Shown here: piece after piece, positions 6,674 to 17,962 of the stretch | How positions within the stretch are numbered: position 1 is the stretch's first letter | Layout of the letters: every line of letters starts with the position of its first letter | Source: Saccharolobus solfataricus | GTDB taxonomy: Archaea; Thermoproteota; Thermoprotei_A; Sulfolobales; Sulfolobaceae | Assembly (NCBI RefSeq): GCF_900079115.1 | Contig: NZ_LT549890.1 | Coordinates: forward strand, 2,820,001 to 2,852,000 | DNA length: 32,000 nt | Direction of reading: 5' to 3' | The notes under the pieces: generated by a model | What the model was told of the DNA's origin: nothing | The model's input: the letters and a program-made list of their open reading frames with translations, nothing else | Databases searched by the model: none | Program-made: the position numbers and the translations under genes

Positions 6674-8386
6674 TTAAGAACGCAATTTATTTTTGAATAA
6701 TTCCTCTACTACTTTAGCTGCCAACTTTGGCTGTCTATCTCTAGTAAATATTCCTTTCCTATTAAGTATTGTTCTGCTTGGATTTTGAGGGGTCCTAAAG
6801 TCGGCGAAGTTCCATATGTGAAAGCCTACAATATAATCTTTCTCCCTCAATGCTTCTATATACTTTCTTATCATTTCACTCTGATATTCCTCTGACCACA
6901 TTTGGGGAGGATCGCTATGAAGACCGTATATGGCATCAGCACCAAATTCAGTAATGATTATTGGCTTCTCTGGAAATTTCTTATGGATTTCCTCCAACTC
7001 TATTGCGACAACCTTTACACCACTATCAATATCCCCCCACTCAGTATACCATCCATGGTAATAATTTAAGGAAATTACGTCAACGTATTCCAATGCTAGG
7101 TCTCGTACTGATCTATGAGAAGCAAAAGTTACTGGTCTGGAAGAGTCCAAACTCTTAAAGAGTTCTACTTCCCTCCTTATGAATTCTGCAACCTCACGTA
7201 TATCGCTTGGAGGTTCATTCATTACACTATACATTATCACAGAAGGCCTATTTTTATGTTGTCTAATCATTTCCTTTATCGTATCCCTTACTTTTTCGAA
7301 GTACTTCACATCGCCGAACATCTTAGCAATCTCCTCTTGGCTCATTACTCTACTGATATTGGAATAACATAAAGGTGGTTCCAGTATGACCAAAAATCCC
7401 ATTTCATCAGCTAAATCTAAGTGTTCGTTTGAATAAGGGTAGTGGGAAGTTCTGAAGGAGTTTGCTCCAATTTTTCTCATAAGGTAAAAATCCCTAACTA
7501 ATACTGCCCCATAGGTAAATTTGCCTAGTATTGGAAAATCCTCATGCCTTCCAAAGCCCTTCAAGAATATGGGTTTTCCGTTTAAGTATATTTTGCCATC
7601 CTTCACCTCTACATCTCTAAAGCCTATACGTTCATAAACCGAATCCTTCAGATTACCACCAACGTACATTTCCACTATGAGAGTGTATAAGTAGGGATTA
7701 TCTGGAGACCAAGGTATAACATTATTTACATCCTTTTCGAATACTTCGTTACTACTCTCCTCATTCAATATTACCCTTCCCTCTTTATCAACTAATTTAA
7801 ACCTTAAGCTGAACCTTTGATTACATTCTGACAAAATTTCTACCTTTAGGTGCCCATAGGATTTAGTATATACCGTTATGTCTTCTACGTGACACTCATC
7901 TACAAACTCTATGTAAACCGGCCTATGGATTCCCCCATAGTTAAAGAAATCAAATGCTGCATTGTTTAGATCTCTGGCTGGGGGTAAGTTATAGGGGGAT
8001 GGCGTGTTATCTATCTTCACTACTATTTTATTAAATTCATTAACTTTAAGTTTAATAGGAAATTTAAACTGGGTAAATGATCCCTCATGAGTCCCCCCAT
8101 ATTCTCCGTTAATCCAAAGTTTTGTGATGTATCCAGCCCCCTCAAATACCATCCAAGCCTTCCTATTTCCATTATCGTTGCTAACGAACAAGTCCTTTTG
8201 GTACCACGCTATCCCAGAAAACTGATCCCACTTTGGGTTTTGCTCATTCCAAGAAGCTGGTACGTAAATAATATCTTCAGATTCTAAGCCTTTATACCAC
8301 CCATTCTCTTCCCCAGTATTCTCGTTATCTATCTTGAATTTCCAGAAGCCTTGAAGGTCTATTTTAGGTCTATAAAACGATCTCAT
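6674..8386 (-). CDS. gusB: GH2 beta-glucuronidase
   Basis: A 570-aa ORF. It has the GH2 sugar-binding N-terminus and the acid/base block SVMNEPP and the nucleophile block IITEFGADA. Its length and order match S. solfataricus gusB as I remember it. Confidence 0.85.
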   Translation of the reverse strand: MRSFYRPKIDLQGFWKFKIDNENTGEENGWYKGLESEDIIYVPASWNEQNPKWDQFSGIAWYQKDLFVSNDNGNRKAWMVFEGAGYITKLWINGEYGGTHEGSFTQFKFPIKLKVNEFNKIVVKIDNTPSPYNLPPARDLNNAAFDFFNYGGIHRPVYIEFVDECHVEDITVYTKSYGHLKVEILSECNQRFSLRFKLVDKEGRVILNEESSNEVFEKDVNNVIPWSPDNPYLYTLIVEMYVGGNLKDSVYERIGFRDVEVKDGKIYLNGKPIFLKGFGRHEDFPILGKFTYGAVLVRDFYLMRKIGANSFRTSHYPYSNEHLDLADEMGFLVILEPPLCYSNISRVMSQEEIAKMFGDVKYFEKVRDTIKEMIRQHKNRPSVIMYSVMNEPPSDIREVAEFIRREVELFKSLDSSRPVTFASHRSVRDLALEYVDVISLNYYHGWYTEWGDIDSGVKVVAIELEEIHKKFPEKPIIITEFGADAIYGLHSDPPQMWSEEYQSEMIRKYIEALREKDYIVGFHIWNFADFRTPQNPSRTILNRKGIFTRDRQPKLAAKVVEELFKNKLRS

Positions 8387-8915
8387 ATAATATCTACAGA
8401 CAAGAGAATCTAATTAAAGCTTTGTTAATATATATTACAAACTCGTAAATAGTAACGCTAAAGGATTAAATAGGTAGTCTCATACTTCTATTCGGGGTAA
8501 ATATTGGATAAACCAAAGTTAGTATTGAAAGAGTTTGTTCAACACAATGAAGTAGCGCTAGGTCATCATCAGTTTAGATCCCTATATATAGGCTTTCATC
8601 CGATTTCTAGAAACATGATAGTTCATGATGGTCATGCAGCTAAAGTATATTCCAATGGAGAAGTAATATATAGATATGAAAAGTTAGGCAGAGCGCCCAG
8701 AGTTGCAGGTGACACTCACGCAGCATTAACTTGGTCTAAGGATTTATTATTCATAGGAGGATGGCTTAAGGCACCTCCGGGAATGATAGAAGTATCGCAA
8801 TATGAGAGGATCTTAAAATATCAAGATATGAGAATGAAGTATAGCCATATACATATGATTTATGATAATGATAAAGTGGAAGTTCTGTGGAGTAGGAAGT
8901 GGGATGATAAGATTC

Positions 8916-8923
8916 CTCCAAAC
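8916..8923. repeat. Target-site duplication, left copy (ctccaaac)
   Basis: An identical 8-mer directly abuts both MITE ends. One extra c makes 9 bp possible. Confidence 0.8.
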
Positions 8924-9251
8924 GGGAGTGTTCTCATGCAGTCATCTTATTCGAAAAGTATTAGTAAAATTAAATCAGACTAGAAATTTTCACAATTAGT
9001 CGTTTCGATCGAGATGCAGCCAATGAATTAGAACATGAAAACAGCCTCTGAAAAAGCTTATGTGGGAGGATTACGAAATCTTTTTGTAATAGTACTAGAA
9101 TGAACCTCGTAAACCCTTGCACATAAGCTTTTCTAAAATAATGTCTTTGTTCAAATTTCTATATCTTAAACGTTAAATGAGCATTTTTCCATACTACTCC
9201 AATATTTTTACAAATGTTTTTTGAATTTCATGACTGTTTGAGAACACTCCC
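8924..9251. mobile_element. 328-bp non-autonomous element (MITE) with about 22-bp terminal inverted repeats
   Basis: The left end is gggagtgttctcatgcagtcat. The revcomp of the right end is gggagtgttctcaaacagtcatg. It has no ORF, is flanked by the direct repeat ctccaaac, and sits inside an otherwise continuous reading frame. Confidence 0.85.
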
Positions 9252-9259
9252 CTCCAAAC
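9252..9259. repeat. Target-site duplication, right copy (ctccaaac)
   Basis: An identical 8-mer directly abuts both MITE ends. Confidence 0.8.
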
Positions 9260-10313
9260 AATTGGTACGGCGAGGTAACTGATCTACTTTACGATGATCA
9301 CGAAGATGCAGTGTACTTCAGTAGAGCTGATGGACATGCAGAATTAGGACTATGGAAAGTAGGTGTATCCACTAGAGATGCAGAATTTCTGGTGAAGAAT
9401 CGTACTGTGTATAAGATGGAAATGAAAGACGATAAAATCTACGCCACGATATTTAATCCCATACACACTGACGTTTCCTCAATAATGGTATATAATACGC
9501 TCAACGGTGAACACAAATTCGTAGAATCCTTCGATTTTCCATTAGAGAACAATAAGAAGATACACATTAGGCGTGTAGGAGGACAAATAGTGCAAATCCA
9601 AAACAAACTAATCGCATTCTATGGTGGGGCACTTATACATATTGACCCACAAAAGGACGTATATAGGTTATATCCATTTCTAGATGTTCGTAACCCAGAA
9701 TCGGAAAGGCCTACTTACATTCCAGGCTTCAGAGCACAAAAAGTTTACATAATGGGTATACCTATTATATCAGCAAATCCTGCAGAGGACTTACGGGATA
9801 TATCATCTAAGACAACATTCGGCTTGCTCCTCAGAATCGACCCAGTAGTACCTCAGATAATCACAGAAAGTGGAGCGATCTTCGGCATGGCACATGATGG
9901 CGAACATTTATATATCGGCGCGTCTTACGCTAATCACACGGGAGTATACACTTATAGGGCAGGTGATGGCGGAATATTCGCAATACCAGTAAGTGAACTT
10001 TTTAGGAAACCGTGGAATCCAATAAGGATATGGATTCACGATGGTTCGTATTCACCTACTTCAGGGATAGATGGCTGGTTTGGTGGTATTCCATTAAAAG
10101 GATTTACTGAAAAGAAGTTAAGAGTGTACACTGGAAAATCAACAAAGATGAGAATTGCCGAGTACTCATTGTTCTCCAAGGTTAGAGATGATACTGTTTC
10201 GCTAAACACTGGATGGAATATAATAATTTAAGCAATTATTACGATATAGTAGCGTTTAAACTGGACGAGAATATAGATCAAATCCAAGCCGAAATAATTT
10301 TGGAATAAAATTT

Positions 10314-12725
10314 TTAAAATTCAATCTCTTCATTTTCCCTTAAAGCAACGTCAATTCCATTTATTTTACCTTTAAACTTTCCATGATAAATCCTCATCCT
10401 TATCTTTCCATTGTTAATAGTTAGTAAACCCCATGCTGTAGGAAGGAGTAATATCCATTTCAAATTCTTCCGTTTGTCTATATTAACGTCATTATTCAGC
10501 AAGTTAACCCTTATACCCTCAATTGCGTGAACGATATTTATAGCAACTAATGGTCTCATATATCTTGCACCCCATTCGAGATGATTCCAGAAATTACCGG
10601 CTAATTCATACCTTTCATAAACATTCCTCAAAATCTTCTTAGCATATTCGTCGAAACCATTATAGAACATATGTGAAGCTAGGTAATATTCTATTCCACT
10701 CCAAGGTGTCTTAGACTGTACTGAGAGTTTAACTCCCAATGGTGTAATCTCTTTATTTGAGGACCCATTCTTAACGCCCTCTTCTTCAGTATAATTATAC
10801 TTAATTATTGAGGAGAATATGGATTTCCGCTTCTCATGGTCTAAAAATTCCGGAAGACCCAACAACTGAACATACCAGTCGCCAGTCATTTGAGAAGCAT
10901 TTAAGGAATCATCTCTTAGATTCGAAATAGGATCATACCAGTTTATATAATACTCCCCATTCCATAAGTATTTATTAACCTTTTCTGTTAACTCTTTAAC
11001 CTCGTAGTTATGAAGGTTATTAAGTAGTTTTGATGCCTCATTTAGTGCTTCCAGCGCAGCTATCCATAAAAAGGATACGTAAGGAGAAAAGCCTAACCAT
11101 GACCAATCATCTAGTGTTTGCATTGATAAGGCTAAAGTGTGATAGCCCAAAATCTTGTGAGCGTCGCTAACTTTTAACATGTTGTTCACATGTCTCATCC
11201 ACTCTATTCCAGATGGTAATGTAAGGTAAGGCAAACCATCTAAGGTCTGTGTTCTCATAATGCTTTCAATTGCGTTCCTAGCAACCTCATAAACACTCGT
11301 TAGAAACTCCCTATCACCGGTGTATTTAGCTATTAAATAATAGAGTAACACAAATTCCGGGTTGATATCTACCCTCTCATAAGTGTCTACTGTTAATGAG
11401 TGGCGAATATAATGAGGCATTCTACCCTTAGGATCCTTGCCTGTTTCCTTTATAATTTTCTTTATTGTATCATATAATTTTTTCAGATCAGTACTTATAG
11501 TTGGATCCTTCTTAACCTCTTCCTTGTACTTCATTAAATTCTCTGGGAATGCTAGTGAAAATAAAACGTATTCTGGGGTATCCTCCTTTAATGCCCTATT
11601 GGAAAGATCCCTTACGATATTCTTAGCCAATTCAGGAAATAGTAACATTACTCCCGGCAGTGCATATAACAGTACGTCTATAGTGTTTAATGCAGTATTT
11701 TCTGGACCTCCTGTATAAGGATATTTTCCAACTTTCCTATAATCTGAGGTATCGAAATATCCTTCCCATATTCCAAAGAATCCATCTTTAGTTAGCCAAG
11801 TACTTTTAACAAGGGTAGCTATTTGTGCTCCAATTAAATCAACAATCCACGATTCTATACCTTCTGCATTATAAAATAAATCGTGGAACTGCGTAGTCTT
11901 CTCCTCTAGGTAGTTTAGATTGTTCACAACGTAATCCATTACTTCTTCACAACTGTTAAAGAAGTTCTCGTAATAATGCCCAACTTTTCTGCCATCTTTA
12001 AGTACAAAATTAGGGAAGAACCAAGTGATTATGAAAGTTAAATCGTTTCCCTTACCACTTACGATTCCTAGATTATCTCCTTTTTTCTTCACTAAACTAT
12101 TAGACCTATAATCATCCCAGAAGTCGAAAATTTGATTATAAGCGATAGCTGATACGTCTTCTCCTATTACCTTTATGCATAGATTCCCTTGATATCTAGG
12201 ATCATCAGATGTCGTTTCTCCTTTGAAGATTACCATGTCCTCCTTAATCTCTATCTGACCTTTCTCAAATGGATTGTTAACTCCGAAGAAGAATCTTGTA
12301 TTCTTCTCACTGTTGAATTTAAATATTGCTACAGGTAAGGAAGAGTTCCTTACGTCTAATGGTATTAACGGTGAGAATGCCTTTAGCTTCACTTTATTAT
12401 CGTAATTTAGGTAAGCCATTGGTGGTTCTCCTATAAACTCAATTTCCCTTATCGGCCTTATCCAAGGTCTTGTATAGGGGTTCGCACCAAAGTAATAATC
12501 GTATGCTTGGAGAATTCTAACCGTTTTTTGCTCTTCATATGCGAAGAAGGAGTCGAATTCAGTCAAAAAATATCTATACCTATCCTCATTTCTCTCCGCA
12601 ATTCCTCCGTTGTTAAATATAGTCCATGAGTAAAGTCTGCCATCGGCTCTTATTTCCATGGATCCAGTACCAATTCCACCAAGAGGAACTCCAGAATCCA
12701 AGACATAAGAGTATTTGTATTTCAT
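10314..12725 (-). CDS. GH116 family glycosidase (GBA2-type beta-glucosidase/xylosidase/N-acetylglucosaminidase family)
   Basis: An 803-aa ORF. It has the N-terminal GBA2_N-type block VPLGGIGTGSMEIRADGRLYSWTIFNNG and a large (alpha/alpha)6-like C-terminal domain. S. solfataricus is known to encode characterised GH116 members. Confidence 0.8.
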   Translation of the reverse strand: MKYKYSYVLDSGVPLGGIGTGSMEIRADGRLYSWTIFNNGGIAERNEDRYRYFLTEFDSFFAYEEQKTVRILQAYDYYFGANPYTRPWIRPIREIEFIGEPPMAYLNYDNKVKLKAFSPLIPLDVRNSSLPVAIFKFNSEKNTRFFFGVNNPFEKGQIEIKEDMVIFKGETTSDDPRYQGNLCIKVIGEDVSAIAYNQIFDFWDDYRSNSLVKKKGDNLGIVSGKGNDLTFIITWFFPNFVLKDGRKVGHYYENFFNSCEEVMDYVVNNLNYLEEKTTQFHDLFYNAEGIESWIVDLIGAQIATLVKSTWLTKDGFFGIWEGYFDTSDYRKVGKYPYTGGPENTALNTIDVLLYALPGVMLLFPELAKNIVRDLSNRALKEDTPEYVLFSLAFPENLMKYKEEVKKDPTISTDLKKLYDTIKKIIKETGKDPKGRMPHYIRHSLTVDTYERVDINPEFVLLYYLIAKYTGDREFLTSVYEVARNAIESIMRTQTLDGLPYLTLPSGIEWMRHVNNMLKVSDAHKILGYHTLALSMQTLDDWSWLGFSPYVSFLWIAALEALNEASKLLNNLHNYEVKELTEKVNKYLWNGEYYINWYDPISNLRDDSLNASQMTGDWYVQLLGLPEFLDHEKRKSIFSSIIKYNYTEEEGVKNGSSNKEITPLGVKLSVQSKTPWSGIEYYLASHMFYNGFDEYAKKILRNVYERYELAGNFWNHLEWGARYMRPLVAINIVHAIEGIRVNLLNNDVNIDKRKNLKWILLLPTAWGLLTINNGKIRMRIYHGKFKGKINGIDVALRENEEIEF

Positions 12726-12809
12726 GCAATCTTCTATGTAGCATAGTAAATAAGCTTTTATGGGTTTATCAGTGATTTTTTAACGGAATAGCGAGTGTAG
12801 GGAGTTAAG

Positions 12810-14824
<2,015 letters not shown>

Positions 14825-14868
14825 AAAGGCAAAAAAGAAAAATTTCTTCTTTTCATTATTATTTTATT

Positions 14869-17001
14869 TTATCTCCTTCTTAATCCTAGTATTACTCCTA
14901 TTATTACTATGATTATAACTACTACTGCTATTATGGCATATAGTGTAGTATTGGATGATGAAGTTACAGTAGTAGTAACAGTAGCTGTGGTGGTACTTAC
15001 GGATGTGGATACACTTGTGGTAGTTGAAACACTTGTGGTAGTAACAGTACTTGTGGTAGTGCTAGTTGTAGTAGTTGATGTAGTTGTGGTAGTGCTAGTT
15101 GTAGTAGTTGTGGTTGTTTGATACACGAATGGGTCATTGGAAGTATACCAACTTGAAGGAACTTGTGAAGTATAATACCACCAAGGCTCAGGAACAGACT
15201 GATTAACCAAATGTAAGGCTAAAACAACAGGTAAAGGAGTTGAGGGAAGACTGGTCCATGGGGGAGCCGGCCAATAATAGTTTTGCTGAGTTGGCCAACC
15301 AGTAACAGTATTGTTAACATACTCATACCACTCTGCGCCGTATACTAGAGCAATGGAAGGCATATATTTTATCCATAGAGCAGCTAGCTTATTTACTATA
15401 CTATAATAGGCATTATCGTTTATGCTGAAGTTACCATTTGCCCAGTTCACAAGTTGTTCGAACGTTGGATGGATAATTGATAAATTAAACCTTTCTATGT
15501 TATAATATGTGCTATTTCCTATCGGTGTTATGTTGCCGGGGGAATTCCAATAACCATACAAATACCCAGAAAGTGGTTGTATAGGAGTAGGACCGCTAAT
15601 TAAATCCCACATTAGTCCCATCCAGTAATTGCCAGTTTCCATGTAATTATACCATGTTGTAAACGGTGGTGTTTGTACTTCCACAGTTATGCCTATTTGC
15701 TTCAAATCTTGTGCAATTAAAGTTAAATCGGCGTCCCAATCAGTCCATCCGGCTACCGTAATGATGGTCATTGCTGGTACTGCAGTACCATTTGGTGTAA
15801 TTAGTTGGCCATTAACTAATTTATAGCCGTGGGATTCAAGCAACTGTAATGCAGCAGTAACATTACCTTGAGGTGGAGCGAATTGCTCAGCAAGTTGCAA
15901 CACCGACGAATTTATATATTGTAGCTGTTGTGGAGGTAATGGAAGAGGCGTAGTTGCTGGCGGTTCGTATCCATATTCGCCCAAATAGTATATTGCTGTT
16001 CTATTGATCGCAAGGCTTATTGCTTGTCTTAAAACTGGATCGGATAAAGGCCATTTTAGGTTATTGAGTGTCAACATTGTTGGAAATCCAGGAGCAAAAT
16101 AGTAATGATAGTGTAGAGGATCTTTTGCCACAAATTGCTGTTGTATATTTGGTTCGAATAGTCCAGCCCAAGTTATTTGCCCATTATTTAATGCAGTATC
16201 TGCTTGAACATTACTAGGATATGATGGATAGAGTAAGTATTTTATTCTGGGTTCTCCCGGCATCCAATAGTGTGGGTTGGCCACTAGTACTATTTCTTGC
16301 GGGCTGAAACTATATAGCATATAAGGTCCAGTACCTATTGGATTTGTATTAGGGTATGTGAATGGATTTCCAGTCTTGTTTAGTCCTACATATGTTCCAT
16401 TTGGTAATTGCTCTACTGGGAATATTTTACCCCATTGTGCTGGGTCCACAGGCCATTGCTCCAAAATAGTATACAATACCATTGGCGTTACTCCAGGTTT
16501 AAATACTATTTCTAGCTCATATGGGTTTATTATTGTCATGTTAGCTATTTGATTAGCTGAATATCCCAATTGTGGGTATGCTTGTTCTAACGCTAATGTG
16601 TACCATACTGCTGTAGCGTTAAATGGTGTGCCGTCAGTGAAGTATACGTCATGCCTTAAGTATAATATTAATGCCAATGTTTGTACCTTAGTACCATTTG
16701 GCAAGTTAACATAACCGGTAGTAAATGTCCAATTGGTGGCTAACCATGGAATAATTTGACCACTTAGCGAATTAACTAGGGCTAATGGTTCGTAAATAAG
16801 CCAAATTAGACCTCCGGGTAAGGCTGGAGCGTTCCATGGATTAAAGTTATCTTGCCATACTATACCCGGACTAGGCATAATTACCATGCTTCCTTCTGGT
16901 TGTACTGATGTTGACTGTGATAGTATTGGCATTGCAAATATCCCTATGCTTATTACCATTAATACTGTAATTATTGTAGAAATTATCTTATACCTTTTCA
17001 T
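14869..17001 (-). CDS. ABC transporter substrate-binding protein, family 5 (Dpp/Opp-like, probably oligosaccharide), with an N-terminal signal/TM segment, a Thr/Ser linker and a C-terminal TM anchor
   Basis: A 710-aa ORF. The N-terminus is MKRYKIISTIITVLMVISIGIFAMPIL. It carries many N-x-S/T sequons, a 58-aa T/S/V linker and the C-terminal anchor LYAIIAVVVIIIVIIGVILGLRRR. Confidence 0.9.
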   Translation of the reverse strand: MKRYKIISTIITVLMVISIGIFAMPILSQSTSVQPEGSMVIMPSPGIVWQDNFNPWNAPALPGGLIWLIYEPLALVNSLSGQIIPWLATNWTFTTGYVNLPNGTKVQTLALILYLRHDVYFTDGTPFNATAVWYTLALEQAYPQLGYSANQIANMTIINPYELEIVFKPGVTPMVLYTILEQWPVDPAQWGKIFPVEQLPNGTYVGLNKTGNPFTYPNTNPIGTGPYMLYSFSPQEIVLVANPHYWMPGEPRIKYLLYPSYPSNVQADTALNNGQITWAGLFEPNIQQQFVAKDPLHYHYYFAPGFPTMLTLNNLKWPLSDPVLRQAISLAINRTAIYYLGEYGYEPPATTPLPLPPQQLQYINSSVLQLAEQFAPPQGNVTAALQLLESHGYKLVNGQLITPNGTAVPAMTIITVAGWTDWDADLTLIAQDLKQIGITVEVQTPPFTTWYNYMETGNYWMGLMWDLISGPTPIQPLSGYLYGYWNSPGNITPIGNSTYYNIERFNLSIIHPTFEQLVNWANGNFSINDNAYYSIVNKLAALWIKYMPSIALVYGAEWYEYVNNTVTGWPTQQNYYWPAPPWTSLPSTPLPVVLALHLVNQSVPEPWWYYTSQVPSSWYTSNDPFVYQTTTTTTTSTTTTTSTTTTSTTTSTVTTTSVSTTTSVSTSVSTTTATVTTTVTSSSNTTLYAIIAVVVIIIVIIGVILGLRRR
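14944..15117 (-). repeat. Low-complexity ACN/AGY codon tract encoding the Thr/Ser linker
   Basis: A direct reading shows 58 codons that are almost only T, S and V. It generates the spurious Val-rich antisense ORF 14909-15121. Confidence 0.9.
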
Positions 17002-17158
17002 ACCTATACACCATTAATCTGTTTATAATGGTATATTAGGCTATATTTAAACTTTTCTCAGTAATTAAAATCACAATTTTCTTGCAACCTAATTAGTGAT
17101 ACAATCTCTTAATAGATTTTCAAGCAAATATCAATAGAAATTAAGAATATAAAAAATG

Positions 17159-17962
17159 TTATTCAATTCTTTTATATGGATCTGGTACTGCTTCTATTAA
17201 TAGTCTGGTATACTCGTGTTTTGGATGTGAAATAATAGTTCCCACATCACCCTCCTCCACTATCCTACCATTCTTCACCACATATACCCTATCAGCCACA
17301 TATCCGATTGTAGCAATATCGTGAGTAATGTACATAATCGATATCCCTTTCTCATCTCTTAACCTCTTAAATAAGTCTAATAGTGATGCCCTTATTGAGG
17401 CATCAACGTTTGATACTGGCTCATCAGCTATTAGCACCTTAGGATTTAGTGCCAACACTCTAGCCAAGTAGACTCTCTGTCTTTGTCCTCCAGAAAGTTG
17501 GAACGGATACTTATTGAGAAAGTCTTCTGGAGGAGTTAATGCAACTTCTCTTAGTAACTCTTTTATTCTCTCTTCAATATCACCCCTATATTTGTATATC
17601 TTTAGTGGCCTTTCTATATGCCATTTAACTGTATGAGCTGGGTCTAGTGAGGAATAGGGGTCTTGGAAAACTAATTGAACATCAGCTCTATACTGTTTTA
17701 GTTGTTTCTTATTCGCTTTGGTAACATCTAAACCCATGGGAGTATAAATTATTGAACCTTTGGTCGGTTTCAATAACCCTACTATCATCCAAGCTATTAC
17801 TGTCTTACCTCCGCCGCTTCCTCCCACCATACCTACAATCTCATTCTTCCTTATATCCATATTCACATCCCATATCCCCGGTCTATGCTCTTTTCCAAAA
17901 ACACCTTTTCTAACTATGAAGTCTTTATATACATGTATTAACTCAATGAGCTTGTCACTCAT
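17159..17962 (-). CDS. ABC transporter ATPase, DppF/OppF-type
   Basis: The Walker A is GGSGGGKT, the signature LSGGQRQRV, the Walker B LIADEPVSNVD and the H-loop ITHDIA. It overlaps the upstream gene by 8 nt. Confidence 0.9.
   Translation of the reverse strand: MSDKLIELIHVYKDFIVRKGVFGKEHRPGIWDVNMDIRKNEIVGMVGGSGGGKTVIAWMIVGLLKPTKGSIIYTPMGLDVTKANKKQLKQYRADVQLVFQDPYSSLDPAHTVKWHIERPLKIYKYRGDIEERIKELLREVALTPPEDFLNKYPFQLSGGQRQRVYLARVLALNPKVLIADEPVSNVDASIRASLLDLFKRLRDEKGISIMYITHDIATIGYVADRVYVVKNGRIVEEGDVGTIISHPKHEYTRLLIEAVPDPYKRIE

Larger units (their letters stand above)
8504..10231 (+). pseudogene. Conserved hypothetical gene (463 codons when restored) interrupted by a MITE. The fragments are 8504-8923 and 9260-10231
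   Basis: Removing 8924-9259 (the element plus one target-duplication copy) joins ...RKWDDKIPPN to NWYGEVTDLLYDDHEDAVYFSRADGH... in frame. 8504-8923 is 140 codons, and 9260 is in register with the ORF starting at 9311. It has a TTG start and no recognisable catalytic motif. Confidence 0.8.

Noticed and set aside
14909-15121. Val-rich 70-aa ORF on the plus strand
   Set aside because: It is the reverse complement of the Thr/Ser linker codons (ACN read as NGT), a pure artefact.
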